From Lingula anatina (lineage: Eukaryota; Animalia; Brachiopoda), in assembly GCA_051362555.1 (NCBI GenBank), contig CM120643.1, positions 5,208,001 through 5,272,000 on the forward strand: 64,000 nucleotides of DNA. The letters run 5' to 3'. Shown one piece after another: positions 27,101 through 39,100 of this stretch. The stretch's first letter is position 1. Each line of letters starts with the position of its first letter. A program made the translations under genes and the position numbers. The notes beneath the pieces were generated by a model, which saw nothing but the letters and a program-made list of their open reading frames with translations, did no database searches and was not told the DNA's origin.

Positions 27101-30100
27101 CGTAAGCCAGCCTCGTTTTGACTTAGTACATTGTTGTTGTAATCTAACCTTGTTTTGAATTCCCCACCCGCACAATATTGTCTATATAGAGAAGAGAAGC
27201 TTAGAAAAACAGTCCAATTGGCTTCTTTTACACTGCATAACTTTTTATAATAATAATAAGAACAATATTTATTTATTTATAGTCTAAAATCCATATAAAA
27301 TTTTCAGTAGACTTTACATGGGTAAAGGAAGAATGGAGGAAATGAAAACACAAACATTTCATATTTTTTTTGTAAATAAACATTTATCTATTACACGAGG
27401 CCACCCGCTGCCAGTTTCTTTTTTATTGAAATAATAATAAAAACAAAACAAACAAGACTTTTTTATCAATCTAATTTGCTTTTTGTTTGTTACATATGAA
27501 CCACTATATAACATTTAAAACAATATCATCAACAAAAATATCAATATTGTGAAAGCAAACAGGGATTAAAGCTGATGCAAATATACATGTATATTTGTGG
27601 CAAAAATTATTTTTACTTTAGCAACACATTGATATGGCAATTATTTTACACTTCTTGATCATAACATACAGTTACCTGTATAGCCACAGGACACACTACT
27701 CCTTTTAAAATCAGGATCAATATAAACAATTAATATAATTTTATTAATTTACCTGGGATCAGAAATTTATATCACTGATACCAGTTAGTCCTGTACCAGT
27801 CTATATTTTTATTTGAATTTATTTTTGTAAGTGTCATAGTGGTGATTTCACAGCCAAACTTCATTTAAAAACTTTCACATTTAATGATGTTACATGAATC
27901 TGTTAATGTATTTTATTCATTAGAAAGAACTGTAACCAAGTTTTAAAAGAATGTTTTCAGTTTTAAAAGGATTAAATAACTTTATTTATGGCTTCATGAT
28001 AGCTGCTTGAGCTTCTGTCATAATTGCCAAGGAATGGCAAAATGATTAATCCTTGTCCCTTTCATGTTCTTCAAGCCTAGAAAAATATTAGATTAAAACA
28101 TTAAAAAGATTTAAAAAGTAACATTCAAAAACACTTTTCTAACTGCATATATCTTTACACACACACACAACAACAACAACAACAACACACACTAAAATCA
28201 GTATAAATAATAAACCACAATCTTGATAATAGGGAAGCTGGTATCAATCGAATTATCTAAAATAGTACTCTAAAAGTGTATCAATATTGATCAATGACCT
28301 CATCATCAAGAGCTGAGCAGTGGCAAACATGCGAATCTTTAAATCAATTAAATTCCCATTTAAATGAAGCTCTGAAGTCTACAAACTACAGTGTTCACAA
28401 CTATAATACACTAATTATTGTACTGGTACACATTATTTATAAATTAAAACAAAGGAGGAATATTGTTAATATAATGTTCTTTTTTTCATGAAACATTTTT
28501 CCCTCACATACTTATAACGCATGTGTTTGTGTGTGTGGGAGATTTTAAACAAAAATAAACTGTTCCTTCTAACAAAAATTTGCCTATGATGGCTATCACA
28601 ATTTGAAAACATATACACAATGTTATAGCACTTGGCATTTTATGATGCACAGTATGCACGTATGTATTGCAAATGGTCAACAAATGGTGGTAACAAATGT
28701 AATAAAACTTATTTTGACTAACAAGTTTTCCCCCATATTGATATCGTACATTAGTACCCTGCCAAAGGGGCAAACATGTTAAAAGTCAAAATGTGTTATT
28801 CATATTTTTAAAAAGATGCTTGTGGTTGGTTTTCAATTTTGTATCTTTCACAACTATAATTTACAAGCATGTGTGGCCCCACACTCATACCATGCACACA
28901 CATGCAGGGCAGATAACACTGCTTTTCACTGACATCAACATCCAACAACTATAAATCGACTTTCCCACACCTTGGACAGGGACCACAAGGAAAACACATG
29001 GGTAAATGTCCTAGCTAAGCTTTCTCTTGGGCATGATATATTATTCAATTTATGATTAAAATAAAAAATATGTCCAAGTGATATATACCAACAAATTGAT
29101 ATGAAAAGCTACTCACTACTTGGCAATGTATACATGTATACTCAGCTGTGTAACACTGACATCCTAATTGTTATAACACAAGCCTTTGAAATGTCAACAC
29201 TTTAGGTCACTGAAAGTATAAAAAGGTAGATAAAATATTAAACCTATTATTTTTTGGGCATTCTTGTACATGATAATAATAAATAACTGATAAATATTTT
29301 TATCAGTTTATACAAGTTTCACTCCTTTTTCATGGAAATTTCAAAATATTACTTTTTTTTCATCTTACTTAAATCAAAATGCAAAGAAATAGCATGAAAA
29401 GGAATATGCAGAATATCTAAAAAAATGGCTTTCATATCCTCAAAAGTGACCTATCCCCCTCTCATAATATATCTATCTATACAGAATCAAGTATAGGCCT
29501 ACTACATGTCATTTTGCGAGCCATTTCTATTAATAAACATCAAAACACAAAAAAAAAGCATAAGAAGGCAAATTCTCAATATTTTATTGTGACATTCATA
29601 CAAGACATGAGGCAAGACTGCCTCTATATTCACTCTACTGTGATCGCCCCAACAACACACACTGTCATTTCATGAAGTATTTAATATAGTTAACTTCAAA
29701 ACACAAAAAAAATTGCAAAAATTCAATATTAAACATCGACATTCATTCAAGATGTAACACAAGACTGCCCATGTAGTTACTCAGAACATTGCAAAATATA
29801 CTACCTGTCGGAAATGTAGAAAATCGATAAGTTACAGGTTAGGTTCCTACCTAAATTTTTTACCTGTTCAAAAACAAATGTCAAACTATTAAAAAAACTG
29901 AACAGATAAAGAAAAATCATTGTTATCTGCATTTGGCACAATTCAAAAGAACGTGTTTACATTTGGGTTCTGTGTGCCGCCACTTTGGAACACGTCAGTA
30001 ACTTGATAGAAGATTCAGTGAAACCAATACTTAAACACTACTATGGTATATAAAATATAGCTTGAGAATAAACTTTATCGTTCTGTCAAGTGCATTAGTA

Positions 30101-33100
30101 AAATTATCAACATATCAGCGTATAAACGTTTGTTCATCTTACCTGTCTCTATGCCTGCTCCTCCCGCCAAATTGGCTAAGGCCGCCGCTTCAAGTTTTGA
30201 AAACGAGGCCAAATCTAATATTCTCCAAAATAACCGTCATATGAGCCGGTGGCTCCCGGGCTGCTAGCTACATGATCAACATGAAGTTTTCAACTATTGA
30301 ACCATCTCCCATGGCTCACGTCCATCTTCCTAGCTCTCTAACAGTCCCTCTCCAAATCTCTCTCAATCTCAACCCCCAGATATTTCTTCTGAAGGTCTTA
30401 TATACAAATGCATTATCTATGGTGGATTCAATGCCACACTCTTTGGCGGTGCATACTAATTTTAATTACTCAAATTGCACACCTCCACTAGCGTTATATA
30501 ATAACATGTTAGGCCATAAAACAAGTCAAGTGCACTAGCAAGCGACTTCATTAAGATTAATTAACAAGTCTGGAGATTATATTTGTGAACTGAACAACCA
30601 CATGTATAATATATCATCATATTTTGACAAATGATATGGACAGAATCTTCAGTTTTGTCAATTTAATATGGCAATGTTAATTTGTACCAAGTATGGTTGG
30701 GGGGGGGGTATAATCTTTTTCTTTTTATTACTATTATTATTATTTTGTTTTAGTCAAATTTCAATTCTTTTATCCATATAAAATTATCTTAGCCAAATGA
30801 GAAATTTTTTTGTCAAATCCAAAATAATGACTTCACAAAAATAATTCAAAATGGATTATTTTATGTGTGTGTATAGCATTGTTATATTGATGCAAACATC
30901 ATTACCTCCACCAAGGAGGTTACATGTATGTTTTCACCCCAATTTGTCTGTTTGTTTGTTTGTTTGTCTGTCTGTCATCAACATAACTCAAAAAGTTATG
31001 GACCGATTTTGATGAAATTTTCAGGAACTGTCAGAAGTGGGCCAAGGAAGAGATGATTAGTTTTTGGTGGTGATCCGGATCAATAATCAATCAATAATCG
31101 ATAATAATAAAAAATCGCTGCCTTGGTGGAGGTCTTTTCTAGTTTAAATTTTTTAAACAAGGCGGCAAAGCTGTAATATGTATATACCAAAACCAGTTCA
31201 CAGCACTGTAAAATATCAGAAAGCATGGTGAAATATTAACAATTATGCTGTGAATGTAAGGAAATTATAATCTGCATAAAATCAATGCTGCTGGAGAATA
31301 ATTGATAAGCTGTTCTTTTATCTTCTCCAGTAAATTACCAAACAGGAAAATCAAAGCTTCCAAATGAACAGACATACATATGTCAAAGGATCAATGACAT
31401 GAAAAGTTTAGGAAAAATGCCATTTTGAATAAAACAAAATTTCACACAATGTTTTCTTTTTTAAGTTGGACTGTAACTACATCATATGAGTCAATACTGC
31501 AAGTTTTAGGTAATAGTTGACACTGTCTTCCAATTTCTGGTAATTAGGACTATATAAGAAGGCAGCATAGCTGTCAAATGCACAGACAAAAAGCAGAAAA
31601 TAATGATGCACAAAAGTTAGGGTGAATTGTATCTGCTCACACCCTGAGGAACTGTAGAACCATGAGCACCCTCAGTGCTCAAGCTGGTGGTACTAATAAA
31701 TATGCATACATACATTATTGGTAAAATAAAATGAGGCAGCACAGCTGTCAGATGTACAGACAAAAAGCACAAAATAACGATGCACAAAATAAATAGAATA
31801 TAAGTTCATCTGGATGTGTTATGTATAATGTAGTCATATGAGATTCTTTTTTTCCATCCAAAAGAAAACGAGGTAAAAGATGTTAAAATACCTGTATGTG
31901 CAGAAATTTTCAACTGCTCTTTGCTGCAGTCTTCCTCAGTGCTATTGTTTGACCACTAGGTAGAGTGTGGTCAAAATGATTTTATAGACTTGACTAAAAT
32001 CTTGTGCAGTAAAAATGACAATCTTAAACACAGAATCATGGAATCCATCTATATAAGGAAATCTACAGTGACAATGAACTGTGATTAGGGGAGGCACAGG
32101 CTTAGTCCAGTCTATAACTGCTGGACTACTATGCTACTGTCAATTCCGATGCAATAATACATTATGTTTTTAAACTGAAAAGTCAACAACAAATTTTAAT
32201 TATGCACACCAGGTAAAATGGAGGAAAGTAAAGTGGGTAACTAGCATAAGGATTCATGACCAAGACTGTTCAAGTTTACACTTTGAAAATGCCAGAATGA
32301 GAAAATGAAAATTTCATAAAAACTTGCATAAATTCAAGAAAAAAATTATGAAGATGGTTTTCCAATTTGAGCTGCATTTCAATCCTAAGAATCTTTCTTT
32401 TAAGTTACAAAATAAACAAAATTTTCTTTACAAAACATTTGTGGTGGCCATGCACAAAGTTGTACAGCACACCATATTAACACTGAGAAATAACACATTT
32501 ATTTGCTGGATTCATCATCCAAATAACTCTTCTTCTTTCCTCTTTCTGTGGTTCAGCCACCTTTTTAGTTCTGGTGCTGTGCACACTTCAGACAGTTTTT
32601 TAGTTCTGGTGCTGTGCACACTTCAGACAGCTTTTTAGTTCTGGTGCTGTGCACACTTCAGACAGCTTTTTAGTTCTGGTGCTGTGCACACTTCAGACAG
32701 CTTTTTAGTTCTGGTGCTGTGCACACTTCAGACAGCTTTTTAGTTCTGGTGCTGTGCACACTTCAGACAGCTTTTTAGTTCTGGTGCTGTGCACACTTCA
32801 GACAGCTTTTTCACACAAGCACCAGGTATGTCACCTTCACATTCCCTTGCTGTTCACAGCAGAGGACTACAGAGACCCCTGCGGCGGGCGGTGCCCTTCG
32901 TGCGCACTTCTTATTTCCACAGAAGATGAAAAGGGCTTAAGAAGTCACTCAGTAAATTGAAAAGTTAATCAAAAATACAGTTAGGTACTTATGCAGTGTC
33001 CCTCCCCAAAATATATTTAACAATCAATAACATGACCATATGTAACGTACAGTTCCTATTCTCCTAACAAAGGATATAGATCATTTAATACTTTTGAAAC

Positions 33101-36100
33101 CCACTGAGGCAGGGTCTGACACTGGCCGAAGCCCTTCAAATCAAATCTCATTATGTTATCTCCTCATAGACCATTCAAGGTAGGAACTTGGAAACTTTTG
33201 GGATTAATAGATCTAGATAATTTTTTTTCCAAATATATAGCCTTAAATTTATTTAATGACTCTAGCACCAATAATATTATTTATATTTCAAAATATATAT
33301 AGGTGCAGGAATTAAATAAATTTGCAGTGCTTTTACAAACCAGCACCTGCTACTACTGTAAGGAAGGAATTGGTATATAAAATGGCAAATCTAAATTTAA
33401 AAAAAGGGGATATATAAAATAAATTTAAAAAACAAAATCCCCAAAAGAAATTTAATTGGTAATAACATAAAAAATAAAGAAATAAACTTTAATATTAATA
33501 ACATTCTTATAAGGTTTAGTAACATGTAATATTCTTGACTAAATTTTAATAATATTGCACCTTTATGCCTGATTGGGCAAGTGCCTGAAAATCTGTATCT
33601 TTTGTCAAACATTGTGATAAACATGCATATTTGTCAAAAAAAAAATTGGGACTACCAAGTTCCCAATTCCCAGGGACACCAGTTGCCAAGAGTTAGCATC
33701 GGGCTGCACTGAGGGAGATCTTATATAAGACCAACTGGGAGATCATGATCTTTTGTTTCAATATTGATGCAAAAATGAATTCTACCCTTTACTACCAAGT
33801 TACTGCATGTAACCCTTGACAGCTCTCTCCGTCTCCATGTGCACTTTTCTAAAACAGCACAATTAGACCCCATTCCCACAGATTTTAGATCGATCTATCC
33901 CTGTGGGGAGTCTCACTAGATTACTGTCAGTTTAGTCGACTTAAATGTCTGTCCTGCCTACTAAAAGCTGTAAGGGGGTAATTAACTACCGTGCGCGCTC
34001 GGCTGACACAAATTTAGTGTGAACCCCCAGGGAGTTAGGTCGATCTAGATGGATCGATCTAAATCTATGGGAATGCACTCTTAGTCTACATGGGACCAGG
34101 GGCAAAGCTATGTTTCATTTCAAAATATTCTTATTATTATAACAATAATAAAACAGAAAACAAGTGAATCATAATAAAAAGCATACATATCCCTTAAACA
34201 AAGGGCCATACTTTGGTATCACAAGGCAGCAATTTCTTCCATGGTGTCAGGTTCTCTGTGCAGACCATCTCCCCGGGCATCGCAGCGTACCTCAGATAAG
34301 TAGAGTTGGTGGCTATCCATTGGTCAGCGGCCCCAAGTGGCCGGAAGGACAACTTAGGACTGACTGTGGCTGTCTTGTCCATGAAGTTTAAAGAGGCACA
34401 AAACAGGCCAGAGAGAGCATTGACCAGATCTGACCATTTTTTGTCTATACTGAAATGAATAGATGAACAGAGAATGTCAATCATACAACACATATATTGT
34501 GCACTCTGAGAGGGGAGGGTCTGAAAAAAACATAATTATACTGTAATTACTAGTACTACTATATAAACTGTATACTAGTGCACAAGTTGCTCAGAAACTA
34601 GCAAAGGATATGTTACAATACGACATCGATCTATATTTATAAAATTATGTATATTTACAAACAAAATAAATGTCTTTTAAACGTCTTTAAATAATATTTT
34701 AAAAAAGCAGATTCTGACAAAGGGATCAGCGTACATTATACTTCCAATAAATATGAAAGCAAGGTAATGGCACATAAAATCCATACACATAAAACAGAAA
34801 TGTGAGAGCATAAATAGTTTAATGTGCTTCCAATTCTCTGACAATGAGGTCAATGCCCAGATAACACAACTAATACAATTCATTTAAGGGCAGCTATTAC
34901 ATCAATTAACTTTTGCTGAATAGCAGACCCTCAAAATAGTGTATGCAGAAAAGCAGACCCTTTACCCTTCAGAATACTCTACTCTTGTAACAGTGATTGA
35001 TTTCTGATCAAGGCTCCTTTAGCCTTCCTAATTGTGGACCCTTGGAAAAGCAGACCCTTAGAGTATAGGGATGTCCCATATATTTAGAAATCCATATATC
35101 TATATGTAATTTAAGACAATGACTGAATGTTTACAGACAGGTGTCAAAACATAGTTGCTTTCATATTTATGCTGAAATAAGTGTTTCAATGCCCAATTAC
35201 TAAGCAGCAGAAACCATTAAAGTGCGTCTCAGTGGGTTAGATTTATGTATAGGAGTAGGTTTCAAGTAAAACTATCATCAGATTTGTGTTTTAGGACATT
35301 GTTGATGATTATCTTCATCAGTTTGGGTCAAAAAAGTAAATGTAGAAATAAATTATAAAACAACCTGAATGAAAAGTTGAATATACACATCAGTACACCA
35401 CTAGAATAAAAAATTAGGAAACTAAAACTATTCATCTTGATTTCGATGCACAGCCAGAAATTCTTCCAGTTCAAGGTCACAACCTGGATTTTCCAACGCT
35501 CACAACCAATCATGACAGAGTTTAGCCAGAACATAAGAGATGAGAGTGAGAATGGAAGGCAAGTTTGTCAGAGAAGAAAGTGTCCTTCATCCTTTCATCG
35601 TGTTTTTTTTTCTTTTTTTGGGGGGGTACATATTTAGCGTTAATGCATATTTTGGACCACAGTAACCTTTTGAAAATGCATATATCGCTTGTTTTGGTCG
35701 GGTCTTTCTTTGCAAAACAAGTTCGTGGAAAGGAACTCCATTGTATCAATTGATTCCTTGAAGATTCTTCACACTTGAAAATATATTCAGGCCTAAACTC
35801 CTTAATTATCTTCCTATTGATTATACGTGGAACATTCAACTGAACATTTAACCGAGAGGTGATGCATATTTTCAATTTTATTTTATAGACCGATAGTACA
35901 AAGACTGGAATAGTAATGGCAGGAGTACTAGTAGCAGCACTCAAGTGGGACCAAGCAGGTAAATTGAGGGTGAAGCATTCATAGGTCTAATAAATTTAAG
36001 TTTTTTTAATGGTTCATAACAGTGTTTGTTAGATTGTTTGTTAGATTGTTTCTTTTCTTCTCTTTTAAAAATAATTAAGGTCACTTCAAATTTATCATTA

Positions 36101-39100
36101 TAAGTAAATAGGCTGTTGTGGCTTTGCTATTTCCAAACAGGAAATAAAAAAATATCAATGACATCTTAAGTAATAAAGAGGTTCAGCAAACAACGAATAA
36201 CAAAGATGAGGTACAAAAACTAGGTTTGTGTGTCATAAGTCATAGCGGCCATTTCACAAATGCGGAACAACAAATACGAAAACAATAGAGCAGGGTGAAA
36301 AATGCTCAGTTTGTAACGTGTGAACACACTCAATTCGTATTTCCTTTTTTTGATGAGGAATTCATAAAATCTTCGTACAATGGAAGGACGAATTACGAAA
36401 AATGAGGTTATGATAAGCGTAAAGTGATGACATAGTGCACATGTTCGTCCTTCATCTTCGTTGTTTGTCATTTGCTAAACCTCTCTTATATCTGAAATGC
36501 AAAGGGGGGGTTGATCTACCTGACATTTATAAGAGGGTCCTGGCCGCTATACCACCTAGCGGTCAGTGAGTGTGAACAACTACTCACGTCAGTCTGATGA
36601 AGGCCTTCGACCAGGTTGGCCGTAAGCTAACGGTACGGAAAATTTTAGGCTTGTGTCTGAGAATTATCATGTTTATCCAACTACCAAGCTAATGAACATT
36701 TTTGCTAACTTTATTCTATGGTGAAGTTCTGTAGACCAAATGTTATTTTTGCCATTCATTACAGAACAAGTGTGACAAAGTTGAAAAGGATGTCCTTATT
36801 TACATAAATGTCAAAGTGGACAACAGAAACCCATCTTTGGTAATGGTCAATGGAGAAAATTTTAAGAAAAAATATCCCTGGGCCTACTTCCTGTAACTAT
36901 TTCCTGTCTCTCAAACAGCTGTTAGTTGCACCAGACTGGTGCATCATTGCAAACTACAGGCCTGTGCCAACTGCAGAAAAAAGGTTGTGCCATCAAAGAC
37001 CCCAAGATGATTGTCTTAGTCAGCTTTGTAGAGATCCAGTAAGTTTATTCCTGAAATATCACCGGGTCTAAGCCATAGTATTTTATTCATAGTAAACTGC
37101 GAGGCTCAGTAGCCGTATTGTGAGATGGATGATGAGAATTTATTTAAATAAATTATGGAACTTAAAAACAGTTGTTTTATGGAGCTTTATTTTCTCAACA
37201 GTTTTCTCAACATTCCCAGAGACTATCCTACTAACTTTGGATCAATCTATCTCCAAGGGGTTTCTCACTAAATTGTCATCAACTTAAACAGCTTCAGTGT
37301 CTGTCATGCCTAATAAGGATGGAATGGGGTAATTAACTTCCGGAGGTCGAGCGTACAAGAAAGTTAATTACCCCCTTGCTAATTCGGTAGGAGTAATAGT
37401 CATTTAAGCCACTTAAGTTGTTGGCAGTTTAGTGTGAATCCCCATGGAGTTAGACCATTTCTGTTGGATCAATCTAGGCATGGGAACCCAGTCCAAGATA
37501 GTTTCTCCATCCAAGTCCTCTTGGACCCCCCCCCCCAAAAAAAAAAAAAAAAAAGGAATACACACACACACACACACACTTTTTTTCAGTTTTCTTATTT
37601 CATGGTTGTATTATTGCATAATATATTTTACAAGTCCATGCTCTTTTGAGCAATTTCATTTTTCCATATTTGTCAAAATCAACTCCTGTAAACCACAATT
37701 TTTTAAAGTTTCGTCCAATAAAAGAACATAGTCCAACTATTTAAAAAACAGAAACCAACTTGAAGGCAACTTACTTGGTAGTGTCCCTCTTAAACCAAGC
37801 CCAAAGCTCAGCCCCAGGGGGAGCACTGACAACTGGATAACCCCATATTCTATGCCTCCAAAGCCCCTGGGTAAGACTAAGGTGTAACTCATGCACAGAA
37901 TACTTGGCCAGAACCTCTCCTAATGACTTGGGAAAGAGACCATAGTGTGTAACTGAAATACAGAACAAATGTATGTTTTGCTTCAGTTATCAGAATGAAA
38001 TATCTAGACAGCATAGCTGTCAAGTATAAAGATACCATACAGCAAAAACGCTGCAACAATATTTAACATTAAAAAACTATAAACATAATCCAATTGTACT
38101 GACTTTGGAAAGGAACCATGCCATTTTACTAAACAAAGCCACTCATCAAAATCTGAAGGGATCATAACAATTCTTCATATGAGATTCAAAAATCCACAAA
38201 TAAATATAATACATAAAAGTATAATAAAATCCATTTTACCACCAAAATGAGAGTTATCACAATTATTCTAAAACCTGTGCTTGCTATCGGATGGTGTGGA
38301 CCTTAATAGATGGCTAACCCTCAGTAATCATCTGTTAAGAGATCATTAAAGAGTTAAAAAGGGTAGTCAATTGTTTTTTCAAGTGTTTTTTTAATGGTCT
38401 ATTGAGAGTTAATTACAAAAAAATACTTTAAAAAACAAACAATTGACTAACTTTGAATGTAGAGGTCAAGGTCGAGGTAACACCTGACATGCAAAAGAAA
38501 AGAGTCTCTCACATTGGTGTCTAATATTGTGAGAAATGTAGATGCCTGAGATTTAAGGTCTTGCAGACATGTTCATGAATGTTTCTGGAAAGTAGTGGTA
38601 GGCATCACTGGTATAGATCATGAAAGGCAAGTGACATTTTCTAAGAACTTTAAATCTGGAGGCTTGGACTTACGCAAGTATATGCATGAAAATAGGTGGT
38701 TGAGCAGTTCTCTAGTGTAGCTATATAAAAGAGTGCTACTCAGCAATAGTCATTGTCAAAGACATAATTGGCCCCCTGAAGCTGTAACAGTCATATAGGT
38801 AATGGGCCTTTCTATACACTGTGCACTATTGTGACATCTCACTAGCTCCTACTGATTATAAAGCTATCATGGCCCAGAAACCTACCAAGGCTGATGACAG
38901 GACCATGTCCAGGTTTCTCACAAGCAACAATACAAAGAGCAAAACACAAACAATAACTTCAGCACCTAAAAGACCTCATTCGGAGGTGGCAAACTCCAGT
39001 GCAGAAGAACTACAAATGCTCATGCATGAGCTGTCTGAAATAAAAAATGAGATTAAAGAAACTATTAGAAAAGAGGATTTGGAAATTACAGTAACAAGGG

